Shown here in pieces: positions 10,301 to 20,939 of a stretch of 64,000 bases of DNA (positions are counted from its first letter, which is position 1; each line of letters begins with the position of its first letter). The notes beneath the pieces were generated by a model. That model saw only the letters and a program-made list of their open reading frames with translations, searched no databases and was not told the origin of the DNA. Made by a program: the position numbers and the translations under genes. The stretch covers positions 960,001 through 1,024,000 of the forward strand of contig CAWCKY010000003.1 in the NCBI GenBank assembly GCA_963796275.1, written 5' to 3'. Origin of the DNA: an uncultured Acidobacteriota bacterium (lineage in GTDB: Bacteria; Acidobacteriota; Blastocatellia; RBC074).

Positions 10301-10924
10301 GAATGCCGCCGACCACGTGCCGTTGCCGCCGTTGGGGTTGACCATCGTAACACCATTGAGAATCGCCTCTCCGGCGTATTGTACGCTTCCGTTGAAATGA
10401 GCTCCGATGACGCTGCCGTCAGGCGTGGTGACGCCAGGGAAGAGTGTGGCGAATGAGGCCGACGAGCGTGGGCCGCCCGCGACGATGAGTGGGAGATCGT
10501 TGACGGTCTTCGGCTCGATGCTCCCGCTTTGAGTGGCATCTTCGCGATTTATCGGCGAGACATCGGCGTTAATCTCGACGATTTCACTCGTCGCCCCGAT
10601 CTTTAATTGTGCATCGATACGCGCTTTTTCGTTGAGCGATATCCGCACGCCACTACGGACGTAGCTCTGAAACCCGTCGGCAGAGAACTTGAGTTCGTAA
10701 TCGCCCGCGGCGAGGTTGAGAAAACTATATAGCCCGCCGGCATCGGTCGCGATCTTGAAATCTATGCCGGTGCTGATGGCTCTCAGCGTGACGTTGGCGT
10801 TCGGGATCACGGCTCCGCTCTGATCGGTGATCACACCGTTGATCGATGCGCTGGTGTTCTGCGCTGCAGCTGCTCCGTGAACAAGCGCCAGGAATAAGGC
10901 GGCTGACAGGAAGTGATATTTCAT
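7388..10924 (-). CDS. TonB-dependent receptor with N-terminal carboxypeptidase-regulatory-like domain
   Basis: Signal peptide, G.ITDQSGAVIPNA.V, GTNQFHG.LYEYHRN, FAPRFGIAY, C-terminal PRNIQVAGRITF. Confidence 0.92.
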   Translation of the reverse strand: MKYHFLSAALFLALVHGAAAAQNTSASINGVITDQSGAVIPNANVTLRAISTGIDFKIATDAGGLYSFLNLAAGDYELKFSADGFQSYVRSGVRISLNEKARIDAQLKIGATSEIVEINADVSPINREDATQSGSIEPKTVNDLPLIVAGGPRSSASFATLFPGVTTPDGSVIGAHFNGSVQYAGEAILNGVTMVNPNGGNGTWSAAFDFPQSPDMVSELKILNGNYEPQYGSTGAVVFIMETKAGTNQFHGGLYEYHRNTIFNANQFGIGEERPGRPTNIQNNFGGAIGGPVKLPLAWSQRNKTFFFVNWEGYRIRGGLVRPVLSIPSLKNRQGDFTDWVDASGNLIPIYDPATTRFVDVVNSETLQTDRRVVRDQFMGCDGNTPNVICPSDPRLRNSLALQWFKFLPEPTFPGAVNNYLPPALPGGFSADANILNVRIDEYLGNNDHFTFTIFKRNNLRQETTTLPPQISTGQLNYKTTWINRVNWDHTFSPTLLNHFSIGYNHDHFFGGGIDVPYTDELPKIQGVARHAYPSAIRFLDDKFEGYGSNQGSAEENSWPAPAVVGSNVMTWVKGRHTLKFGAEYRHMTNNVPRVTGEAGEFNFSRANTGLLGINSGSPIASFLLEQVDSANFDIRNTTRSIGMQSSWIAHAGDTWQVFPRLSLNYGLRWETVAPSFEKHDFFSFLDPVGLNPSAGNRPGRLAFAGNDAGAASFGGRYPEKRYFKAFAPRFGIAYSPRENTVVRLGYGIFFDAGFIPGWEGGIRSDGFNANPSFSSTEGGLVPAFILSNGVPQNFTRPPFLDSGFLNGQDAPIYRPADANRLPYSQQWNLTIENQATNTINVSAAYVGSKGTRLISQINPLNALDPRLLNQYGSALLTAFEPGQTSLNGVPVPFAGWVEQMQACPPTLAQALLPFPQYCGNIYGINENAGNSTYHSLQLKAEKRFSRGLWFLTSYTFSKMLTNADSNQPGNLGISPFEQRRSKGLALDDIPHSFSLAMTYDLPFGKGQRWLSGDGVVNHLIGGWRVSNILRFSSGTPFSFRSSNCTVPSQFALACIPGLLPGKNPWAQSKDNFDPSGPLFDIDSFEPNDSFSTVTYYGNGARITNYRGFGYRNQDFAIFKDVRITERVTFQLRGEAFNLWNNHTLRGFGADITGTSFGLWDGSVTAPRNIQVAGRITF

Positions 10925-10956
10925 TTGTGCCTCCTTGCAGGGTTTGGGGGATTGGC

Positions 10957-11068
10957 CTCACGCCCAACGCAAAGGCGCGCAGAGAAGAAGAGGGGAAAAG
11001 AGAAACTGCTTTTTCTCTTTTCTTCTTCTTTCTTTTTCACTCTTGGCGTCTAAGCGCGTTTGCGTGAG
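10957..11068. repeat. Imperfect palindromic intergenic element (CTCACGC..CGCAAAGGCGC ... GCGTTTGCGTGAG)
   Basis: Inverted ends with A-rich/T-rich complementary interior. Confidence 0.6.
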
Positions 11069-11077
11069 ATCTTGAAC

Positions 11078-12766
11078 TTAAGTATGGACGCCGCGTTTTA
11101 AGTTCTCGAAGATGTACTCGCAAGTGCGCAGCGTGAAGGCCATGATCGAAAGCGTCGTCGTCTTATCCGTGGCGAAAGGGAAGATACTCGCGTCGCAGAT
11201 GTAGATATTCGACACGTCGTGGCACTGGGAAAAACCATTGGTGACAGATTTCTTAGGGTCACTGCCGAATCGGCATGCGCCGGTCTCGTGCAGGCTGTGG
11301 CCCGGGGAAAGCGGTTCGGAACCTGTTCCCCAGACTTCGCCGCCCGCTCGTCGAATGATCTCGCTGCAGACATGTTTAGAGTGCTCCCACATCATCAGTT
11401 CGTTCGCCTCCCAGTTGAAATGGAAGCGGGCCACGGGGATCCCGAAGATGTCTTTTGCGTTCGGGTCGAGGTCGAGGTAGTTGCCGGGAGACGGAAGCGA
11501 AGGAGCTTGCAGCAGGAAACTGACCGGAGCCGGGTAATATCGCTTGATGTTGCGTTTGAATTCCGAGCCGAATCCTTCAAATTGATGGTAATGGCCGGGA
11601 AACCCGCCGCACCCGCCGTAAGGATAGACGGAGTACCCGCGAATGAATTTTTCTTCGAAGGGGCTTTTCAAGTTCTGCCAGCGCGGCATCCAGACGACGG
11701 TCGAGTCGGCGACATTGTCGGGGGTCGCGGGTTGCCCCACCAGCTGCGGCAGGAAGCCCCAGGCAGGACTGCCGTAAAGGTGATCGCTGATGTTTCGGCC
11801 GACCTGACCGCTCGAATTGGCGACGCCGGTGGGCCAGTGGCGCGATTTCGAATTCAGCAGAATCTTCGCCGACTCGCAGCACGAAGCGGCGACGATCACC
11901 GCCTTACCGTAGACCTTGACCTCCTGCCGCGTGGAGCGGTCGATGTAGGAAACCCCCGTCGCCTTGCGGCCGTCCGGAGAGACGAGAATGCTTCTGACGT
12001 GCGCATTCGGGCGTAATTCCAATCTGCCTGTGCGCTCGGCTTCCGGCAGGAAGAACATAGTCGGCGAAAAGAAAGATCCGGTCTCACACCCCGTCGTACA
12101 TCCGGCGCAATAATGGCAGGCGGGATGCCCGTTGTGGCTGACCGTCAGTTGGGCGCACCGGTCGTGTACGTAGGGGATACCCATCCGGTCGCATGCGCTC
12201 TTGAGAACGTAATCGAAACAGCGCAGCTTGAAGGGCGGCAGATATTCCCCGTCCGGATTGCTCGGGCGGTTCTGAATAGTGCTAGCCACCCCGATCAGTT
12301 TTTCTATGCGGCTGTAGTATGGTGCGATCTCTTCGTAAGTGATGGGCCAGTCTGCGTCGAACCCATCGAGTGAGGCGGCTTTGAGATCAATCTCCCCAAA
12401 GCGCGCAGAAGAGCGCCCCCAGAAGTTGGCCTTGCCGCCCGTCGCCTTGCATCGCGTCCACGTCCAACGGCTTCCCGGAGCAACGGTGTAAGTTATGTCG
12501 TGTTCAAAGAGGTCGAAGGTGGCTTCCTGCTCGCAGTCGCCCTGGCGCAGATGGCGCGTCTTCGGATTGCCCAGACCGCGATACTGCAGTTCGAATCTGT
12601 GTCGATGATTGCCGTAATCTTTCGCCGGGTCGAGGCGCTTTCCCGAGTTGAGCGCCAGCACTTTGAGTCCCGCCTCGCACAGGAACTTGATCGCGGTGCT
12701 ACCGCCGGCGCCCGTGCCGATGACAATAACGTCGTAAACTTTTCTGCTTTTTTGGAGGAACGGCAT
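11078..12766 (-). CDS. GMC family oxidoreductase (flavoprotein subunit, glycoside 3-dehydrogenase-like)
   Basis: YDVIVIGTGAGG, GGKANFWGR, CHYCAGCTTGC Fe-S motif, NSSGQVGRN, HETGACRFG. Confidence 0.92.
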   Translation of the reverse strand: MPFLQKSRKVYDVIVIGTGAGGSTAIKFLCEAGLKVLALNSGKRLDPAKDYGNHRHRFELQYRGLGNPKTRHLRQGDCEQEATFDLFEHDITYTVAPGSRWTWTRCKATGGKANFWGRSSARFGEIDLKAASLDGFDADWPITYEEIAPYYSRIEKLIGVASTIQNRPSNPDGEYLPPFKLRCFDYVLKSACDRMGIPYVHDRCAQLTVSHNGHPACHYCAGCTTGCETGSFFSPTMFFLPEAERTGRLELRPNAHVRSILVSPDGRKATGVSYIDRSTRQEVKVYGKAVIVAASCCESAKILLNSKSRHWPTGVANSSGQVGRNISDHLYGSPAWGFLPQLVGQPATPDNVADSTVVWMPRWQNLKSPFEEKFIRGYSVYPYGGCGGFPGHYHQFEGFGSEFKRNIKRYYPAPVSFLLQAPSLPSPGNYLDLDPNAKDIFGIPVARFHFNWEANELMMWEHSKHVCSEIIRRAGGEVWGTGSEPLSPGHSLHETGACRFGSDPKKSVTNGFSQCHDVSNIYICDASIFPFATDKTTTLSIMAFTLRTCEYIFENLKRGVHT

Positions 12767-12772
12767 AAATAA

Positions 12773-12849
12773 CAGTTTTCAGTTTTCAGTTTTTAGTATT
12801 CAGTGGCTGGCCGACTACCATCTAACTGAAAACTAAAACTGAAAACTAA
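12773..12849. repeat. Inverted heptamer arrays (CAGTTTT)n ... (AAAACTG/AAAACTA)n
   Basis: Directly visible between GMC and its small subunit. Confidence 0.85.
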
Positions 12850-13481
12850 TTTGGTGGCGGCAGGCGTTTATGTTCCGGATCGTCGAGGTGAGGGCATCCG
12901 GGAACTTCGCGCCAGTACTTCTTGAGCCCCGGATAGTTGATCTCCTCCATTCCGATGCGCGAAGTGTAGAAACCGATGACTGTGTATTCGCGGATGAGTT
13001 GGAAGAAATCACGCCCATCCTCCTCACCTACACGGTGTCGACCCTTGTAAGCAAGATGAGTGAGCATTTCGATCTGCTCAGCTTCCGCCAGTTCACTGAA
13101 CCGGCTTCCGAATAGATAGCGCGAGTGAGCATCGACCCACTTGATCCCAGAGCGGAAGCGAAATTGCAGGCTCGGGTCGCTCAATACTATGAAGTCGATG
13201 AACTCGCTGACCCCCGCTTCACGCGCGCCCGGCGTGCCATCCGTCGGTATGATGAGTTCGCTGAGCCTCGCGATGATCTCGTATTCATCGATCGTGAAAA
13301 ACTGCGGTTTGTAAATCAACCCCGCCGGCGATTTCTGAAGCGCGGCCGGTTCGATGGGGTTACCGCCATTTTCATGGGAGAGAGCGAAAGCCCAATTCAC
13401 AAACCCTGGGAACCGGGCTGCACCAGATGCAAGCGATAGCGCGCGTAACATCTCACGCCGTTCCAGATTCTGGCCTGCCAT
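12846..13481 (-). CDS. Gluconate 2-dehydrogenase subunit 3 family protein (Tat small subunit)
   Basis: ERREML Tat motif, LIIPTDGTPGAREAGVSEFID, TVIGFYTSRIG. Confidence 0.9.
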   Translation of the reverse strand: MAGQNLERREMLRALSLASGAARFPGFVNWAFALSHENGGNPIEPAALQKSPAGLIYKPQFFTIDEYEIIARLSELIIPTDGTPGAREAGVSEFIDFIVLSDPSLQFRFRSGIKWVDAHSRYLFGSRFSELAEAEQIEMLTHLAYKGRHRVGEEDGRDFFQLIREYTVIGFYTSRIGMEEINYPGLKKYWREVPGCPHLDDPEHKRLPPPN

Positions 13482-13518
13482 GAGCGATCTCCGTCAATTT
13501 GATTTGGTTTCTGGTGTA

Positions 13519-13546
13519 GGAAAGCGTTTTCCGAAAGCGCTTTCCT
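13519..13546. promoter_or_regulatory. Tandem LacI-family operator candidates
   Basis: GGAAAGCGTTTTCC immediately followed by GAAAGCGCTTTCC; CG-centred palindromes between the operon and the divergent LacI gene. Confidence 0.75.
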
Positions 13547-13589
13547 AAAGGTTGAAAAACGGTATCACGGAGCCTAGAATCTGTCAATA

Positions 13590-13720
13590 AACAGTTTTCA
13601 GTTTTCAGTCGGTTACGGAAGCATACGACTGAAGACTGAGACTGAAGACTGACAGAAGACTGAGACTAAAGACTTAAAAACTAAAAACTAAAAACTAAAA
13701 ACTAAAAACTGAAAACTGAA
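13590..13720. repeat. Inverted heptamer/hexamer arrays (CAGTTTT ... GAAGACT/AAAAACT)
   Basis: Array ends at the LacI ATG. Confidence 0.85.
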
Positions 13721-14734
13721 ATGGGATATACAATGAAGGACGTGGCTGAGCGGGCGGGCGTATCGCTAGCTACCGTATCACACGTCTTGAATAAGACGCG
13801 ATACACGAGGCCGGAGACCGAGGGCAAGGTGCTCGCCGTCGTCGAAGAGCTCAACTATCACGCCAATGCACACGCACGGCGGCTGGCCATGAAGCAGACC
13901 GATCTTTTCGGGCTGGTTATCTCGGAGATCTCAAATCCCTTTTTCCCGGAGATCGTCAACGGTTTTCAGACGGCCGCATGGAAGGAGGGGTTCGATACTC
14001 TTCTTTGCAATACCGAGCACGACGCTACGCGGTCGACCAAGGCAATCCGCAATATGCTTCAGAGCAGCGTGCGAGGGGTGGCTGTTATGAGTTCGGCGCT
14101 CGACCGGAAAGCGGTCGAGCTTCTCAATGCATCGCGGATCGGCGTTGTTTTTTACAACCTCGGCCCCGCGGAAAAATTGATCAGCAACATACAGATCAAC
14201 TATTCGGCCGGTATTTCACAATCGATCGATCATCTTATGGAACTGGGGCACCGCGAGATCGCGGTTATCTCGGGGCCTCAGACCAACCGTACAGCGGTCA
14301 CTTTGCGAAAGGCCATCGTAGAGGAATTGCAGAACCGCCGCCTGCGCCCATTCCCGATCCTCGAAAGCAACTTCAAGGTCGATGGAGGCGCGTCTGCAGT
14401 TCGCGTAATTATCGCCCAATCCTCGATACCCACCGCAATCTTCTGCAGCAACGACCTGATCGCGATGGGCGCAATGAGCGCACTGGAAGAAGCGGGAGTA
14501 AAGGTGCCGGAAGACGTCTCCGTTGTGGGATTTGATGATATCTACTTTGCACGGTTGTCACGCCCGCCGCTCACCACCGTCCGCATTCCGCGGGAGCAAT
14601 TGGGCGAGCTGGCATTTAAAGCCTTGCACAAAATATCTTGCTCCAAGCGTCAAATGGGTATCAATTACCAGATCGAAACGGAACTGGTGATCCGCAAATC
14701 CACGGCTCCCCCGCCGCATAATCCAGGTAATTGA
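13721..14734 (+). CDS. LacI family transcriptional regulator
   Basis: TMKDVAERAGVSLATVSHVLN HTH, VPEDVSVVGFDD, PPLTTV, LVIRKST. Confidence 0.95.
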   Translation: MGYTMKDVAERAGVSLATVSHVLNKTRYTRPETEGKVLAVVEELNYHANAHARRLAMKQTDLFGLVISEISNPFFPEIVNGFQTAAWKEGFDTLLCNTEHDATRSTKAIRNMLQSSVRGVAVMSSALDRKAVELLNASRIGVVFYNLGPAEKLISNIQINYSAGISQSIDHLMELGHREIAVISGPQTNRTAVTLRKAIVEELQNRRLRPFPILESNFKVDGGASAVRVIIAQSSIPTAIFCSNDLIAMGAMSALEEAGVKVPEDVSVVGFDDIYFARLSRPPLTTVRIPREQLGELAFKALHKISCSKRQMGINYQIETELVIRKSTAPPPHNPGN

Positions 14735-14742
14735 TTAGTTTC

Positions 14743-15157
14743 GAAACTTCGGGTGACCTCAATGGGTTGGTTAAGAAACGCAGTTCACCGTATAGGTGTA
14801 TCTCTGAGATTTGACATGTCCGATTGGCTGACCGCCTCGGATTTTGTGGGTGAGGGTATTGGGAAAGCGCCGACGGCACGGGGATGGTTATAGCTCCCGT
14901 AAGTAAAGCTTGTGAGCTCCGTCAGGAGCTGCATAAAAGCATGCATATGCCGTCCCGCTTTAAACATCCCGCCCTGCTGTGAAATACATTGTTTACGATG
15001 CGGAGCCATCACTCCTGTGAGCCACTGTTATCTACACATCAGAGATATTCTGTGCCGTCTCCTGCCATCGAGGGCAAAATCAGAGTTGTAATCAGAGTTG
15101 AGTTGATACCAATGACTACCGAGCCCGGTGAATTTCTATCTCGTAAGAGAAAGTTTC
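14743..15157 (+). ncRNA. Candidate structured RNA of unknown family between convergent genes
   Basis: At least seven nested complementary segments found by eye; G-U pairs and a GUAA tetraloop favour the + strand. Confidence 0.4.
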
Positions 15158-15164
15158 AGTGAAG

Positions 15165-16610
15165 CTAAAACTCGAATCCCTTCCGATATTCTTTACACAT
15201 CTTCGGTGTTGGAACCGCCTTACCCGGGTTGCATAGGCCAAGAGGATTGAAAACATCTTTCACGGAGAGCATGGCGTCGAGCGATGATTGATTGAATATC
15301 AAGGGCATGTAATCGATCTTATCGGCGCCGACCCCGTGCTCTCCGGTGATCGACCCGCCCGCATCGACGCATAACTTCATTATCTCTCTGCTCGCGGCCA
15401 TGACCCGTGAAACTTCTTCTTCATCGCGCCCATCGAAGTTGATGTTCGGGTGCAGGTTGCCGTCGCCGGCGTGGAATACCGTCGAAAGGCGAAGCCCATA
15501 TTTCGCGCCGATAGTATAGAAACCGGCCAGAACTTCCGGCAATTTTGTACGAGGTACTACCGCATCCTGCACGAACAGATCAGGGCTGACGCGGCCCAGG
15601 GCGCCAAATGCCCCCTTACGTCCGGCCCAGAGCTTCTTGCGTTCGCCTTCGTCTCGCGCCTCGCGTACCGAACGGGCGCGGTTTTGCAGGCAAATCTCGC
15701 CGGCGCGCTTTGCCTGAGCTTCTAAACCCGCCCGCAATCCATCGAGCTCGACGATCAAACATGCTGCCGCGTCGCGCGGATAACCGGCGGAGTAAATCGA
15801 ATCCTCGACCGCGTTGATCGTCACTTTGTCTATCATTTCGAGCGCTGCCGGCAAAATTCCGGCGGCGATGATGGACGATACGGCGCGGCTCGCATCGTTG
15901 ATGTCGAGGAAATCGGCGAGCAGAGTGATGACGAATTGCGGCTGGCGGGTCAACCTGATGGTGATTTTGGTCGTGATTCCGAACGTTCCTTCGCTGCCGA
16001 CAAATGTTCCGACCAGGTCATACCCTATCGTGTCCGCGCCGTCTCCGCCCAGATTGATGACCTCGCCGGTAGGCAGCACGACTTCAAGCCCGAGAATATG
16101 GTTGGTGGTCGACCCGTATTTCAAGCAGTGCGGGCCGCCGGCATTTTCCGCCACATTACCGCCTATGGTGCAGGCGTTTTGCGAGGAAGGGTCGGGCGCG
16201 TAGTGATAACTGTGCTCAGCGACAGCCTGCGATAGTCTGATGTTGATCACACCCGGTTGCACGGTGGCGCGGCGATTCGCGTAATCGACTGCGAGTATGC
16301 GGTTCATCCGGGCCATTTCAATGGTGACCGAACGCTGATTCTCCTCGCATCCGAGGGCGAGCGCGCCGGAACTCAAGCCCGTGCCTGCACCGCGCGGTCC
16401 GAAGGGAATCCTGTTCTCGTAAAGCAATTTCACGACACGGGATGTCTCGTCGGTGTTTTGCGGAAAAACGACCGCCAGCGGGCGCGCTTTGTGCATTGCG
16501 ATCGCGTCGCATTCGTAAACCAACAGTTCGGATTCGTCGGCCGTTATGCCGTTTTTGCCGACAATCTCGCGCAATTGAGATATGATGCTATTTTCTCGCA
16601 TAATGAACAT
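15165..16610 (-). CDS. glcD: FAD-linked glycolate/D-lactate oxidase subunit GlcD-like
   Basis: PRGAGTGLSSG, PDPSSQNACTIGGN, GSEGTFG, FHAGDGNLHP, ITGEHGVG. Confidence 0.85.
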   Translation of the reverse strand: MFIMRENSIISQLREIVGKNGITADESELLVYECDAIAMHKARPLAVVFPQNTDETSRVVKLLYENRIPFGPRGAGTGLSSGALALGCEENQRSVTIEMARMNRILAVDYANRRATVQPGVINIRLSQAVAEHSYHYAPDPSSQNACTIGGNVAENAGGPHCLKYGSTTNHILGLEVVLPTGEVINLGGDGADTIGYDLVGTFVGSEGTFGITTKITIRLTRQPQFVITLLADFLDINDASRAVSSIIAAGILPAALEMIDKVTINAVEDSIYSAGYPRDAAACLIVELDGLRAGLEAQAKRAGEICLQNRARSVREARDEGERKKLWAGRKGAFGALGRVSPDLFVQDAVVPRTKLPEVLAGFYTIGAKYGLRLSTVFHAGDGNLHPNINFDGRDEEEVSRVMAASREIMKLCVDAGGSITGEHGVGADKIDYMPLIFNQSSLDAMLSVKDVFNPLGLCNPGKAVPTPKMCKEYRKGFEF

Positions 16611-16740
16611 GATAATCCATGTTTATCTATGTTGCTCTGTTCCATGGTTGATCATGGATGCTGAACTGGCGCATTATTTGCTTTCATCTGTTTTTGTTTC
16701 AGGGGATGGGGGCTGTTAGAATACTAATTGAACTCGCCTG

Positions 16741-17766
16741 ATGGCAAGTAATTTTATGGGAACGGAATCCACTTCAATTTTGTTGAAAGACAGTTATGGG
16801 CGTGCGATTCGAGACCTGCGCATCTCGATAACAGACCGCTGTAACTTCCGCTGTTTCTACTGCATGCCTAAGGAGGCGATGGAATGGCAGCCCAAGGCAG
16901 AGATCCTCAATTATGAAGAGATAGTTACCTTGACTGAAATTTTCGTCAAACTGGGTATCAACAAATTGCGGGTGACGGGTGGCGAACCAATGTTGCGGCG
17001 CGACGTCGAAAGCCTGATCTCACGTCTGGGGAAAATCGATGGCATCGAAGACCTGGCGATGACCACGAATGCGCATTTTTTGCGGGGACGCGCGCAAGGG
17101 TTGAGAGAGGCGGGATTGCAGCGAATCACGGTCAGCCTCGATTCGCTCACCCCTGATCGTTTTGCGCTACTGACGGGCAGAAATGAGCTGAGTCAGGTGT
17201 TAGAGGGTATAGACGCGGCGATCGAAGCTGGCTTGCAACCGGTCAAAGTCAATTGCGTTATGATTCGCGGGATCAACGACGATCAGGCGGAGAAGTTCGC
17301 CGAGTTCGCGCGGCAAAAAGGCGCTCAGGTGCGCTTCATCGAATTTATGCCTTTGGACAACGGGAAAATCTGGCGGCGCGAAATGGTCGTTCCGGGCGAA
17401 GATTTGAGAAAACGAATCCACGAGGTCTTTCCGCTGGAGCGGGTCAAATCGGAGAATCTGAGCGAGACGGCGCGCCGATGGCGATTTGCCGATGGCGCTC
17501 CCGGTGAAATCGGGTTTATCAACCCGGTCACCCAGCCGTTCTGCGGCCATTGCAGCCGCATCCGTTTGACCGCCGATGGGATGATCCGTACCTGTTTGTT
17601 CTCGACGGTCGAACACAGCATCAAGCGGTTGCTGCGCGAGGGGGCTACCCGCGATGAGTTGCGCGATTTCATTGTGGCTACGGTAGAGAAGAAAGAAGAG
17701 CGGCATCACATCAACGATCCCGAATTTGTGCAGCCGCTCAGAACGATGTCGTGTATCGGAGGCTGA
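16741..17766 (+). CDS. moaA: GTP 3',8-cyclase MoaA
   Basis: LRISITDRCNFRCFYCMP, RFIEFMP, FCGHCSRIRLTADG..RTCLF, C-terminal IGG. Confidence 0.95.
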   Translation: MASNFMGTESTSILLKDSYGRAIRDLRISITDRCNFRCFYCMPKEAMEWQPKAEILNYEEIVTLTEIFVKLGINKLRVTGGEPMLRRDVESLISRLGKIDGIEDLAMTTNAHFLRGRAQGLREAGLQRITVSLDSLTPDRFALLTGRNELSQVLEGIDAAIEAGLQPVKVNCVMIRGINDDQAEKFAEFARQKGAQVRFIEFMPLDNGKIWRREMVVPGEDLRKRIHEVFPLERVKSENLSETARRWRFADGAPGEIGFINPVTQPFCGHCSRIRLTADGMIRTCLFSTVEHSIKRLLREGATRDELRDFIVATVEKKEERHHINDPEFVQPLRTMSCIGG

Positions 17767-18025
17767 AATTAAGGGCTGCCGAGATCAATCATTCCGGGCC
17801 TATCATCGTTTCCGTGATCGGTTCCGTTTCCCTGTTGAGCTACGAAACCGAGAGCTGGAGGATTATCGCGAGTCCGGGTCACATGGTTAGCACAGAAAAA
17901 GACTTACTCTGATGAAGAGTTATTTCAACCTCGTCGCTTTCTAAAACTCTCGATCAAGGTCAGAGATTGCCGCCGGTCAAATCCCGCAGCGAGGCGACGT
18001 AATAAGTAATTTTCATTTATTTATC

Positions 18026-20153
<2,128 letters not shown>

Positions 20154-20170
20154 AATGCCGGAAGCAATGC

Positions 20171-20203
20171 CGGGAGCGTACGGCGTGCGCTCCCGCACAT
20201 TTT
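20171..20203 (+). terminator. Probable intrinsic terminator after thiC
   Basis: CGGGAGCGTAC-GGC-GTGCGCTCCCG stem followed by a weak T-run. Confidence 0.45.
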
Positions 20204-20331
20204 AAGCAGAAGCTTTAGGGTAGAAGCTTTAGGATTGATACATGTAATGCCCCCAAATGCTTGCAATGCCCCGCTATCAGTTCCTCTCAAACTTAGCACA
20301 AATAAATATCAAAATATTAAGGAGAAAAATA

Positions 20332-20838
20332 ATGGCAACAGTTACATTCAAAGGCAACCCACTCACTTTGCAGGGCGAAGATGTGAAGACCGGTCAGGCG
20401 GCCCCCGATTTCAAAGGACAAAATGCCGCCGATCTGGGGGATTACACGCTCGCGACATCCGCGGGCAAGACGCGTATTTTCCTTTCAGTACCTTCGCTTG
20501 ATACGCCGGTCTGCGATGTGGAAACCCGGCGGTTCAACGAGGAGGCTGCCAAGCTCCCGGGAGTTGAGATCGTGTGTTTGAGTATGGATCTGCCATTTGC
20601 CCAGAAGCGATGGTGTGGCGCCGCGGGAGTCAGTAATGTCATCACGGTCAGCGATCACCGCGATGCGTCCTTCGGCAAGAACTATGGCGTGCTCGTAAAC
20701 GGGGGCCCTCTGGACCGACTGCATGCGCGCGCGGTCTTCGTTATCGGTCCTGATAACAAGATTAAATATGCCGAGTATGTGAAGGAGATTGCCGAACACC
20801 CGAATTACGAAGCTGCGCTTTCCGCCGCGAAAGCTTAG
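20332..20838 (+). CDS. tpx: Thiol peroxidase Tpx
   Basis: AAGGAG RBS, VTFKGNP, SVPSLDTPVC, SMDLPFAQKRWC. Confidence 0.95.
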   Translation: MATVTFKGNPLTLQGEDVKTGQAAPDFKGQNAADLGDYTLATSAGKTRIFLSVPSLDTPVCDVETRRFNEEAAKLPGVEIVCLSMDLPFAQKRWCGAAGVSNVITVSDHRDASFGKNYGVLVNGGPLDRLHARAVFVIGPDNKIKYAEYVKEIAEHPNYEAALSAAKA

Positions 20839-20939
20839 GAGCGGGGGGACCGGGAGGTAGGGGGGGCGGGGACTCGGGTCGACAGCGGGAGACGGCATAT
20901 CGTTGCCCCGTTGCCTGCCCATTGCCCCGTCTCTTCGCC

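Noticed and set aside
11219-12016. Long antisense ORFs (also 26571-27641, 35402-36121, 40503-41189)
   Set aside because: Shadows of well-supported opposite-strand genes in GC-rich DNA, with no protein motifs
14860-15066. Cobalamin riboswitch-like words (GGGAA, CTGTGA, GCCACTG)
   Set aside because: No GGGAAGG after GCCACTG, no plus-strand AGxCAGxAGACC 3' element, and no downstream co-oriented gene
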